This document shows, piece by piece, positions 13,101-25,272 of a stretch of 64,000 nucleotides of DNA. A program made the translations under genes and the position numbers. Below the pieces are notes generated by a model, which saw only the letters and a program-made list of their open reading frames with translations, searched no databases and was not told the DNA's origin. The stretch covers positions 34,038,001 to 34,102,000 of the forward strand of contig NC_047027.1 of NCBI RefSeq assembly GCF_902652985.1, read 5' to 3'. How positions within the stretch are numbered: position 1 is the stretch's first letter; each line of letters starts with the position of its first letter. Origin of the DNA: Pecten maximus. Taxonomy: Eukaryota.

Positions 13101-16100
13101 AGGTCTTGTCCCTGTAACAAAAGTTATCTCAATTAGATTTTAACGACAATAAACAAACATCAGGCGTATCCCTGATCGTTTCCCATTGCCTGAGTTGCGG
13201 CTTTAGAACATATGAGATTTGTGTCAGAGGAGGACTTATGCCATTCACTCTTCTATTTCGAATATGACCATCCCATTCTAATCATAATTAAACCTATATT
13301 CGTATGTTTGATTTGAAGATGTGCCCGAGACATTCATACTTACCAGATGTGACAGATGTTGGAGTTGTGTTACTGATGAAGCTCGTAGTCAATACAGATT
13401 CTGTAAACAAAGCATTATAAACAATGGTATGGTAGTATAAACAATGCATTATAAACAATGGGATGGTAGTATAAACAATGCATTATAAACAATGGGATGG
13501 TAGTATAAACAAAGCATTATAAACAATGGGATGGTAGTATAAACAATGCATTATAAACAATGGGATGGTAGTATAAACAATGCATTATAAACAATGGGAT
13601 GGTAGTATAAACAATGCATTATAAACAATGGGATGTTAGTATAAACAATGCATTCCTGATTCATCTTCTCAATACAAGGGAGATAACTAAGACAAAACAA
13701 AACTCAAAAATGACATTCTTTTGTACCACACTACTGTTCAATTATGTGATTACATCACTGTCAGCGATCACAAAAGGTGGGTGTGCAGTTTAAGCTAAAA
13801 ATAACTATTTATAAGTACACTCTGAATGAGAAATGTTTTACTCAAAAATAGATAAAAACACATATATTACAATATGTATCTGCTGCTGTCAAATAAACAA
13901 CTGTGAATCTTGTTAAATTCGGCATCAAAGCGAAATTTGTAATGTGTTTTTGCTCATATTGAATTATCAAAACAACTTGATGTTATTTTAGACCAATAAG
14001 TATCCAAAATGCTCACTTTTTGGAACAAATCCGAAATATATTCTGCTAACCTTTTAACAACTTCTTGAAGACCAATCCCTATCACAAACAAAATTGCTTT
14101 CCTTTGTTTTTTGTAAATATAATAGGATTATTTAGCGTAAACATAATATTGCTTAAAAGCAGATGTCACCGGGGAGTCTTTCTGACAATAGAGGTAATCG
14201 ACATGCTGTCTCGGTCAAAGGGTACTTACAAAAAAGTGATATTGTAGCTTATAATGTACACCTGCTTTTTATGACCGTCTTGGTCCGCCATCTTGAAAAG
14301 ACCATTCCCAATTACGGGTACTCGACAGAGTTTATGTTCAGCTAGAACGTATCTCACCCATTTCTTACATCTGTTAATTGTTCTATATTAACTAAAATTT
14401 TAGAGATGCCAATATCTTAGAAGAAAAAAAAATTGAAAATGTTGAAACTTTGAATTGGTTACATAAAAATAAGAAAGTTGGGTGTTAATTGATTCGAATA
14501 ATCTTAGACGTCTTAAGACTTTATATGTATACAAACCTTCGCTGGCAGGACATCCTAGTAGTTCAAACCTAAGTCCAATATGGTCCTTCCACGCTATAGG
14601 GTTAATACGAACATAACGGGCAGCGAAAGGACAAGAAAACCAGTTGACCTCCTCATTACACGTGTCTGTATTTCCACTGAAAAACTTAACACAGGTCAAC
14701 TTGTTTATTTATCATAAGAATATATTACATTGGATAAGCATACTACAATGTCGACATAACAAGAAAAGGCAAGTACAAGCAACATTTTTTGGACAACGGG
14801 TAAAGATAAATCCATGTTCGAACCGTTACCCGCACTGGACAATTCTTGATGTAAGTCGTTTTGAGCACTGGTTAAAATTATTTTATAATAACTGTATAGA
14901 GTATATAAGTAATATGATCCCGTATCAAAACATATAAGGACTTTTCCTGCTATTTAAGTTACGTCAATATCTATTTTGAACGGTCAAGCATGAGAATATT
15001 TGATCAGATTTTTTAAAGATCCGGTACCTTGTCAGCCACCGACTCGTCCCCGTATGGTACAAACGACCGTCCGTCGGTGCTGTAGAGAACTCGGAACCTA
15101 GTAACCACGTCCTGGGCGGTGTCACCGGAAATTACGCCCCTGCCTTTTGTAATGATGCCTGTTATTCGGCTGACCTTGTCCAGCTTCACCTGAAAAATGT
15201 TCCCATTTGTCTTCACAAACACATACACGTCTATTTTAGATATATGAGTATGTTATCGGGTTGCCATATCCATAAACAAAATCAATTTTAACGACATATC
15301 TAAGTACAGGTTATATTTATTGTTAACATCTTTTGTTTATTTGGGAGACCAAGATTCATAAAAATGATGTTTGCAAAAGATATATGTTATATGTATACAC
15401 TTTTGTTACTTGTGTGAGCTGCAAGAAAAATAGATTATGCCTTAATATAACTTTTCTTATTGTCCAGTGGCATATTCAGTTTATATTGCAAAAGACAATA
15501 TGTCCGCCCTGTGGTTATTGTAGGATTAAATTCAAGTTGTATTTCTTTGAATCTCGCGGATTTCAATCCTAAAGATTTATATAAATATTAAGCATTCCAA
15601 ATTGTCCAAGAGTTTGGACATGAAATTAAAATTTTATAATTGAAAAAAAAATGCATTGCGGCATTTTCACAAGTTCTTTCTTTAAGGAATGTCCGTCATT
15701 TACCCTCGAACAAATATTTCAACGCAAATTTAACATAACAATACATATGCTTGTGGTTGTGGTTGATTTCGTGTAAAATTTGTCCCAATTTACTGACCTG
15801 AATAAACTGGCCGAGGTCATCGTTTGCTGGTCGCCACCCTCCACTCATAAACTGACCGTTGATATATTCGGGGTCAGAGGTTATCCTTGCCCTGTCTGGA
15901 CCAAAATATACACCGGCTAGCCCTGTCCAGGAACTGGACGCTGTGAAACTGCCATTATCAATGTCGTCACTTCCGGAAATAAGTCGTTCTTCACATGTCG
16001 CTGTCGAATTAGACGTGAACTTCATTTAAATGACAATATCTTTATCTTCTCTATCCCTTATCACTACTGCAGTCGAATAAGAATTCACATGTGTGAAAGA

Positions 16101-19100
16101 ATCATTTAATTCTTCATCAATACCTACTAAGGATTCCTCAGACTTGTGAGAGGTCTAGAAGAAGGTTTTAAAGGATCTTATCTTTAATCTTGAAATTTAA
16201 TAAAAGATACGCAAATATCACTCCAAAATATTCTCGGCAATGCTTTTGTTTAAAGACGTTATATTGTGTAACTACCAAGACGGACTATATAATGGAAGTT
16301 ATATGAAGGCAAATTAATTATCATTCGAAGTCAACATCAAAGACAGTTGGGCGCTTAAAGAGTGAATTAAATGTAGTATAACTTACAAACACAACGGGGC
16401 ACGGAATTACCAGTATACCACGTGCCTGTCAGGCGGTCACAGATTCGCCGGACCGTGACGTCATGAGTCTCGAATGTAAATCCGTTAGTGCATTCGACGT
16501 CACAAACTCTGAATATGACAATGTATGTGTTCAGTATTGATAGAAACGCTCAGAAAGAAACAGAGATACCAAGACAATCTGATTGGCTAACCGATTGGTC
16601 AGTTATTCTTATCAAAACAGTGATGCAACGGATGTGAATTAGAAAAAATAGTAATATCAATAAGATTCACATAAAAGCCGATAAAACGAACAATTTGAAA
16701 ATGTTGATTTGTAAAGCCTACTAAAGATGAATATTGGTGCAAGGTCTACGATAATTTTGGGAATTTCCAACAAAAGGTTTCTACGATGGAACTTCATTGA
16801 TTATTCTTCCTCAGGGAAAGGGATCTGATCAAATTAATGTACATGTTTGTATATAGTCTGAAGTGTTAAATGTTTCGATAGTATAGACACCAAACCAGAG
16901 GCCGTTAAATTATCGCATTATCAAACTATTTCTAGACATTTATACTCACAAGTCCGCCCCGTGCTGGCGACACGTGACAGCTGCCATGTCACGTGATACA
17001 TTTATAGATCCACAGTGGTCTGTCGTGTTTAGTGCTGCCAAATAGATATATACAATATTTCATACTAATCACATTTTAGACAACATGTTTTACAAATATG
17101 AGGGCTGAAAGATATGCTGTGAGCCTCATATAGAAGGATTTGAATTTTGCCGGACATATTGTATCGTTTTTCCACATAGTCTCCTTCAGTATCTATACAC
17201 TTTTACCAGCGGCGTTTAAGGGTCTGAATGCCACTTTTATAGAACTCCTTTTCTTGGCCGTTCAGAAAGTCAGCCACTGCATGTATGACGTCATCATCAG
17301 ACTGAAAGTGGGTGCCTGAAATAGCTGTTTTCAGTTTTGGAAATAGACGAATGTCTAATGGAGCGACATTCAAATGAGACCAGTCCTTGGGTACACGGTC
17401 ATATACAGTCAGAGAATAGTAGGACTTAAAAAGAACATCCGTGAGTACCTCCTTCAATGCGAGGCGCACAACATATCAAATTTCCGTCGTATGTTATTGG
17501 CTAATTAAAGAAGTTGGCCATATGTTATGACTCAATCAAAGGCTGCATAGTACGACTGATGTTGGTACATTAATTCAAGAACATAGAGCAGGAAACGGTA
17601 GCGAAAAATGGCTTCATCTCCAGCACCATGACTGATTCAGAGGGAGCTTTCTTTAAAACAGATAAACGGCAAACTTGAAATACATTTTTTGGCACCAATG
17701 AAGCTTCTGCAGAGCGGAATGCCAATGGTGCGACTTGCCATAGATATAACAGGACCATTGCCAAGGACTGAAAGTGGCAATCAATATATTTTAGTTATAG
17801 CGGAGTACTTTACGAAGTGGACGGAGGCATTTGCTAATCAGGAAACGGTTCCAATCGCCACTATTTTGGTTGAAGAAATTGTCACCAGATTCGCCACTCC
17901 GTTGTCTATTCATTCAGATCAGGGACGACAATTCGAAAGTACTAATGCCTTTTAGCATAGATAATAAATACTTTTGAATCAGGATTATAATTGTATTGAT
18001 GTGTCATCTGAAAAGGTACATCCACCTATTCAGCATGCATTCAATCTTAACTTCGTTTCGTTTTTAACTGCATATCTGCATTTTGCATTTACCGCTACAT
18101 TGACCAATCACATACTTCATCTTGACCAGTAACGCCACCTGTTGCGTCATATCCGGGACCAAAATAATATTATACGGCTATGCCGAAAAAAGGAAAAAAA
18201 ACATAATGCAACACAGAAGACGCGTGTACAATGTATCGTTCTGCAGACGTGGTAAGTGAGACCAGGGCCACTCCAGAACACGCTCTCAACGAAGATAAGA
18301 GTAAGCTCTTACTGGGTATTTACGTTAAAATACCACCACAGAGACAGTTTTCATAGCATTATTAAATTTCTACAGAAATCGCTTAGTAAGATATATTTTA
18401 CTGTCACGAAATTCATCAAATTAGGATAATCCATGAATGTCCGAATAAACATATCTGCGACCTACCGTGGCAGGGTTGGAACGAAAACATCCCGTCATAC
18501 CAAACCCCACCGCTGATGGTACAGACGCGCTTGGCGTTGTCTATGGCAACCTGCATAGCGTATCCATGGTTACAGACGGCGGTACACACTCTGCAATACC
18601 AAATACAAGTCAGAATAAATGTATTATTGTATTTCTGTCTTTACTAACATCAGGATACAGGTCCAGGTTGTTAACTGGCGGGAAATATTTAGAGAATGAT
18701 ATGTCCGTATTTAAAACATTTGATAATGCTGATTTGATAGCTAAAATAAAGGATCTTAAACTTTAACGGATCTTTAAGACAAAAAAGTATAATAATTAAA
18801 CTCGACAGGGGTTTGTTATTCTCTCATTTCCTTTAATAGTTTCGGTACATATGTCCTTAAATGGTTTGACACTAGAAAAAATATTTTTGATAATTTAATT
18901 AAGTAACCATTTAAATTATTGACAAATTGGTTAGCCATATTTATAAAAAGAATTAATCAACATGGCGATTATCATTTAAAATAAGGCTCCATTACCAAAC
19001 AATTCTACAATACAAGGACACAATGGGAAATGATAATATAACAACAGTTCTGAAGCCTCCTTACACACTCACAGTTCTGTACCGTCCTGTATACACTTGC

Positions 19101-22100
19101 TCATTCCGTTTGTGGGTGGGCTTGGTAGCGTGCAGTTCCCAACGACAGCGACTAAAACATTTCACAAATATTTACTATTGATAAACAAATATAGGTTTCT
19201 ATATCATCTGATCTTAATATTATAATAAATTTCCAGTTTAAAATGAATGCCATTACGTCAATCAGTATTAACGCCAATAAAACGAATCCCGAGGATGATA
19301 AAATATCATGGTTGTTAATTTCACAAACATGATAAGCATCTCGTTTTAACTACCCATTTATTTATTTATTCATCTGCTTATCACAGTTAAACATTGAGAT
19401 TACAAGTCAGGATGTGCCCATATGTAAGTCGAAATTTAGAAAAGCTACAAAGACATTCCTGTACCTTTACATGCAGGGAGGACATTTCCGGAATCCCACT
19501 CTCCACTGGTGACGTCACACGTCCTCGTGACCGTGGTCTCATGGCTGACGAATGTGTAACCATCGTTACAAGTCCCGGTACAGATCCTTACAATAAATAC
19601 ATATATTGCCAGTTTTTGTTTAAAACTGTAACTGGCCTAGCCTAAATACTATCTGAATTACTTTTGAAGATTTTTATTTATTTATTCCATTTGCTTATTT
19701 ATTCATTCATTCATTTGTTTATTATTCATGCTTTTATTTATTCTGCATTGTGTTGTGTTTTACTTTCGAAATTATGAAGAATACTTACTTTATGTATAAA
19801 TACACTTAAACTTATATTGATAGTCAAGGGGAGGTAACTCACAGTTTCGTTCCCTTGTGTTCACATCGAACAATGCCGTTTCTCAGGTGGAAGTGCCGGT
19901 CGACAATTCTCACTACTTAGAGATTCTGTATAATAAAAATATTGGTATGGATATATATCTGTTTTCTCGATTACAGTTCTGATAAGAAGATATTGCTATG
20001 TATGAGCATACCTATAAGCGGACCTACATATATACAGTTGTATGTAAATTGCATTCAGGCACAAGGGGTTTTAATATATATGTAGAATGTATAAAATGAG
20101 TTTAATATGTTTTCTTTGAGAACGCTTTTGGCAACCGAAAAAAAGAGAATGATGACGAACGAATTGAAAATGCATTGAAGAATTTTTTTTCTTTACATGT
20201 TAGTTTTTTTTTTTTTTTTTTTTTTGTTTTGTTTTTGTTTTTGTTTTTGTTTGTTGTTGTTGGTAAAAGTTGCAGCATATCCTCATTTCCTTGGGGTCAT
20301 CTTTGCTGCTATTATTTAAGCATTGTAATCATTACAAAGTAAGCCATGTATTCGTTGAATAACACAGACATCACACGATATGTTATTGACGCCTGGTATC
20401 CTTGTTCCATATGCTTGATATCTACCCGTGCACTGCGCATGCGTATTTACCTACTGACAAACACTGGGGAAGTGAATTTCCGCCATTAAACCAATGACCA
20501 TCAATGACGTCACATACTCTTCTTTCCAACACATTCATAGACCGGAACCGGAAACCGTCTTTGCAAGTAGCCACGCATGACCTGTAAACCAGAACAGTTA
20601 GTCAGGGATAATACGAAATCTTGTAATCAGCATCTTATCGAAACGGAACAGTTTAGATACTTTAGATGAGGGGTGTGGTGGGATGGGGTAGGGTTGGGGG
20701 TGCTGGACGGGGAGGTGGGGTGGAGGGTGGGGTTAGGATTTGTATAATATGGAGTGAAGATGGGCATATTCTATATATAATCTTCTTTAACACTTTTCGC
20801 GCTGAAAACATTCCGCTAATTAATTTGAATGTATTACCAAATTTAGTTCACATTTTTATTACAGAAATCAGTTAAAACTGAATGTGTACTACGTTTCATG
20901 ATATAAGCTTCACATCCTAACATGGTTTGGGTCCTTTATGATATATCTATTATAACGTTAGCCTGAAACGTTTATACATGTGCTAACATTAGCATATAAC
21001 ATTTATACCTATATGAAATATATGTGATAACATTAGCATATAACATTTATACCTATATGAAATATATGTGATAACATTAGCATATAACATGTATACCTAT
21101 ATGAAATATATGTGATAACATTAGCATATACCATTTATACCTATATGATATATCAGTGATAACATTAGCATATAACATGTATACCTATATGATATATCAG
21201 TGATAACATTAGCATATAACATTTATACCTATATGAAATATATGTGATAACATTAGCATATAACATGTATACCTATATGAAATATATGTGATAACATTAG
21301 CATATAACATGTATACCTATATGAAATATATGTGATAACATTAGCATATAACATTTATACCTATATGATATATCAGTGATAACATTAGCATATAACATTT
21401 ATACCTATATGAAATATATGTGATAACATTAGCCTGTAATATTTATCCCTAAGTGATGTTTATCTGAGTCTACTTACAGGAAGTTTCCACTTTCCACACA
21501 AGACACTTTGCCATTTTCAGGGGGAGATAACTTCTCGCAGACAATCTTTGTTGAAACTGTTGTCAACGCCCCTTGGGTAACTGAAATTGATAAAATAAAT
21601 AAATAAATAAATAACAAATATGTGTTTTCTTGTACCTGGAATATGGTATTATGAGTGGATGACCCACTTGTGTTTCACTTAGGTAAATCTTCGCTTTGTA
21701 TAGGTTGGATAAAACTTGAGTCGTCACCCCTCGATGTTGTGAATATTGTGACGTCATCAATATGTGACGTCATGTTTTTGGCGATGTAGTGAATATATTT
21801 AAGGATTAACATCAAATATTTTTTCTGTTATACAGTCATAACAGAAAAAACTGGAGTGTACTCTAAATAAACCGCGAAGCGGTTTATGAAGAGAGTACAC
21901 TCCAGTTTTTTTATGTTATGACTGTTTAACAGAAAAAATAATTAATGTTAATTCTTATAATTTAATTTCGTCTTATACACACCAAGATATTTCACTTTCT
22001 TTGACGAACTCTTTTCTGTGATAAATTATTACGCAACGTCATCAGCCAATCAAAAAAGACGTTACATTTCGCAACGTCAAAAATTTTGTTATGGAGGTAT

Positions 22101-24424
22101 AACAAAATTATTTCAGCCAATGAAAATGCGTGTTTCATACAAAATCAAATTATACAGTAATGACGTCATGCTATTGATTCTGCAGTGAAACATGTGTATT
22201 ACAGTGTGGCAAGTCTACAATTCTAATCAAAGTTAGACTTATAATTTCATCTTCTCAACGATACACTGCAATAGAAGATCTAACAACATCCCGCTGAAGG
22301 TCATCTCAGATGTCATTATGCAAGTCACCCACGAAACATCGCATTGCCATGGCGGTCGAAATCAACATCGTACCAATAGCTTTTACCAATGCACATTATG
22401 CACTTACGTAGTATTTTATAAAAACAATATGACTGGGCAATAAAAAGTACAGTTTGTTCCCTCAAATGATAAAATATGTGAAGGTGCAAATCAAATTATA
22501 TGTAAAATTTAAAAACTCATTTCTTCGTTGTTTTTTCAAGGTATTGTTGATAGAACTTCTTTTTCTCGGATGATGACAATTTGATCACGGCTACGTCAAC
22601 AGTCGGTCAAGTTACGGCAATTTTCATCGGCGAGTTATTCATTCGTTTGCCAAAACTGGGTATGATCTTTCAGAATATCATACTTATTTTTAGTAAAATT
22701 GTCAAACAAAGAAATTGAAAAAATGAAGCAAATTGATGGTTGAGGGACACTTTTGCCAGAAATTTGGTAGTGATATGAGAGAAAACGTTATGTGTGAATG
22801 TAGCCGGGGGTATCCTACCCCCGGGATCACAAAATGTAGTTAAACCCTCGGCTTTCACCACATTTTGTGATCCCTCGGGTGGAATATCTCAATCCTAAAT
22901 GCACACATATGAAAGAGTCTTGTAATCTTACATAGCTATCTTACATGTGCAATCTCTACCAAGCATGGCGAGATATGAGAGAAATGTTTGTTTCTCGAAT
23001 TGTATTACAGATATTGAATTTATAAAACTAATTAATTAATTTCAAATGCGTTTTAACGCTGATTCCAATGCGAACTGCATATTAAATTTTCCGAAAGCAT
23101 ATACATGTAATTATATATTCACAACAAGAATATCCTGTAATGTACTTATCTTAATCATATGTATATGTATGTAATACATTCATATACGTGGACGCTGGGA
23201 TTGTACTAAGTCCCTGTGGTACTGAATATAACGTAATCTTTCAGTTTTATTTACTTTCCTTATCACAGCTGTTGAGCTGTCAACATATCAGTAAACAACG
23301 TAAATATTTATCTTACGTGTACCAACAGTCATCACCTCATTATCACTTATCAGAGTTTCCTCCCCTTGTTATCGTTACGTTTTATGACGTAGTCAGAATG
23401 AGAGTACCCGGATATTTTATCTTATTGACATTTCAGGGAAGAATGATAAGTCGACATACAATTTGTTTTCAAAGCAGGTGTTTATTTACTATATCGCTAA
23501 TGTCAATAAATAGATAATATTATGCCTGTATCATTCTTATTCAGAGTCCATCCCTCCTTCAATTTTAGTATACACTTAAGGGTATATGCTACATCATTTA
23601 ATTGTGTTTTAGGAGAAAAACCGGCGATATGCCTTTCGTCAGAGAAGTTTTATCTGCATCTTGGGCAATTTATGATCAGCTAGTGTTGAACTCAATTCGA
23701 TATGTAAAAGGTTAATTTGACTTAGTCTAATATAAATCATCTTTAAAAAGAAAAGAAAATATATTCAACTTCATTAGTGGTTTCAAGCTATCTTATCAAA
23801 TGTAGAAACAAACATGCTTTGTAGGAACTATGTCGCTTTTTTCTTTCGCTTCAAGATACATCAATAAGAAACAGTTAGAAATTAGATAACTATCACATTT
23901 GGAATGACTTAGGCATTAGTGAAAATAAATTGAAAATATTGAAATTATAAAAGGAAAAATTAAACTGCATTTTTTTCAGAAATTAAGTTTTATAATGGAA
24001 CGGCAGAATGAAATCGTACACCAAAAGATAAATTCGTGACTTTAAATTTTCAGCAGAATTCTTAAATTTGTAGCTGAAATGCAACGACTTCAATTCCAGC
24101 AAAAATAGTCCATTATGATATACCTGTAAATTCTACAAGTGAAATATATAAAATATTACACGCAGATTTATACTAAAATACAATGTAGGAAAAAGTAACA
24201 AAAACCATGTTATAAGTATTTGTAGGAAAACATGCACATGTATTTAAAATACAGAAATATATAGATAGATGTTGAATTTATTACAAATACACAATATTGA
24301 GGTAAAAGTACACCATGTGAGTACATCAATGTTACGATTGTGTAGAAGTTTTCTTACCTGTGATTTTCTCAATGAAACCGAGGACTACAAATGTAATGGT
24401 GAACAAGTGGACAATGATCGCCAT
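10192..24424 (-). CDS. Gene A: secreted multidomain protein, signal peptide - 4x sushi/CCP - discoidin (F5/8 type C) - Ser/Thr linker - CCP - chitin-binding peritrophin-A domain (~650 aa if the frameshift is corrected)
   Basis: 17 phase-compatible exons (plus-strand coordinates, transcript order): 24358-24424 (MAIIVHLFTITFVVLGF.. signal); CCP1 21478-21580 + 20451-20581; CCP2 19843-19925 + 19465-19586; CCP3 19073-19151 + 18466-18590; CCP4 16950-17034 + 16387-16508; F5/8C 15798-16000, 15028-15189, 14537-14684 (GGWRPANDDLGQFIQV..ITGIITKGR..ARYVRINPIAW..GLRFELLGC); linker 13344-13400; CCP5 13030-13111 + 12304-12425; linker 11502-11546; ChtBD2 10192-10409. CCP motif C..PP.NG...C..C...C..G[FYW]..C..W..P.C. 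Exon 19843-19925 has one extra base. Confidence 0.85.
10613..10689 (-). mobile_element. SINE fragment (same family as 49676-49876)
   Basis: Reverse complement matches GGCAGTTGCCAGGTA..GACCGTAGGCCGG..GGGTACTCCGGCTTTC..AAACCTGG. Confidence 0.65.
13404..13654. repeat. 34-bp minisatellite, ~7 copies
   Basis: Unit ATAAACAATGCATTATAAACAATGGGATGGTAGT. Confidence 0.9.
17097..17370 (-). mobile_element. Tc1/mariner transposon 3' fragment (degenerate transposase C-terminus plus terminus)
   Basis: Minus strand reads APLDIRLFPKLK..SGTHFQSDDDVIHAVADFL..FYKSGIQTLKRRW*KCIDTEGDYVEK, typical of a mariner C-terminus; TA-TGAGGGC end at 17097; in-frame stop. Confidence 0.8.
17400..17945 (+). mobile_element. Gypsy/Ty3 LTR retrotransposon integrase fragment
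   Basis: RLAIDITGPLPRTESGNQYILVIAEYFTKWTEAF..EEIVTRFATPLSIHSDQGRQFES (rve core, both Asp motifs); upstream degenerate zinc-binding remnant VGLKKNIREYLLQCEA. Confidence 0.85.
20984..21433. repeat. 44-bp minisatellite, ~10 copies
   Basis: Unit TAACATTAGCATATAACATTTATACCTATATGAAATATATGTGA. Confidence 0.9.
21801..21956. repeat. Long imperfect palindrome (hairpin-type non-autonomous element)
   Basis: Arms ..CAGTCATAACAGAAAAAACTGGAGTGTACTCT / AGAGTACACTCCAGTTTTTTTATGTTATGACTG..; apex TAAACCGC-GAA-GCGGTTTA. Confidence 0.75.
22789..22909. repeat. Imperfect palindromic element
   Basis: GGGATCACAAAATGT / ACATTTTGTGATCCC arms with outer TATGTGTG / CACACATA. Confidence 0.55.
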
Positions 24425-25131
24425 TCTGGACAGTTTTTTAGGGCTTGGTCAGTTGGAAGTCGTTAGTAAACTGACCATCAGGGTTGGGTCATTCCCATCC
24501 TAGGGCATGGTAGTGGACAATTTGTTTTATCCGTGACCATATCGTCTTTATCACAAAGTTTTCGCCAATAAAGTTGGCCACATATTGTAAATATGGTTAG
24601 TTTGTACGCACAGGCCAAACAAGTTTAAATATTGGGTGTTGATGTCAGAGGTAATAACATTCTTCATTAAATGGGAGAATTATCATTACCTACACAATAT
24701 CCAGTAGCTTACATTGACATCATATAAACATCCATAACGAAAAATCGGGTATGATAATTAAAAATGTTTGAATTCGACAAATAGAAAAATGATTTATTTA
24801 ATAGTTTAACTAAAATAGATAAAAACAAATACACAGATTTAAATAAAACCCACAAACAAAGCGAAACAAATATCAAACAGAAACAAAAATGGAAGTGCAT
24901 TTGAATTTTTTTGTTTGATTTCATTTCAGTAAATACCTTTTTTTTAACAAATATACATACATTGTATAATGAGTAATATATTTAAAGCGCCACATGACAT
25001 ATACATACTGTTAGCTTATTTTTTTCTCTTTCGTTACCTATACATCTATGTATCTCATTCAACAGACTACTTAGATTTCGGGGAACAAAACGGAAACGAA
25101 AATTACCCCTGACATTCCACTCTTTATGCCT

Positions 25132-25272
25132 CAATAACAGCGACCCGTTACGATACAAGTTTGTTATTTCTCAATAACAGCGACACATTACGATAAATGT
25201 TTGTTCGTTATTCCTTAATAACAGCGACACATTACGATAAATGTTTGTTCGTTATTCCTCAATAACAGCGAC
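25132..25272. repeat. Short tandem repeat (~40-45 bp, 3-4 copies)
   Basis: Repeated AATAACAGCGAC..TTACGAT..TTTGTT. Confidence 0.7.

Noticed and set aside
20984-21433. Regular repeats resembling a CRISPR array (also 13404 and 32003)
   Set aside because: Head-to-tail units with no unique spacers, no cas genes, eukaryotic intron context
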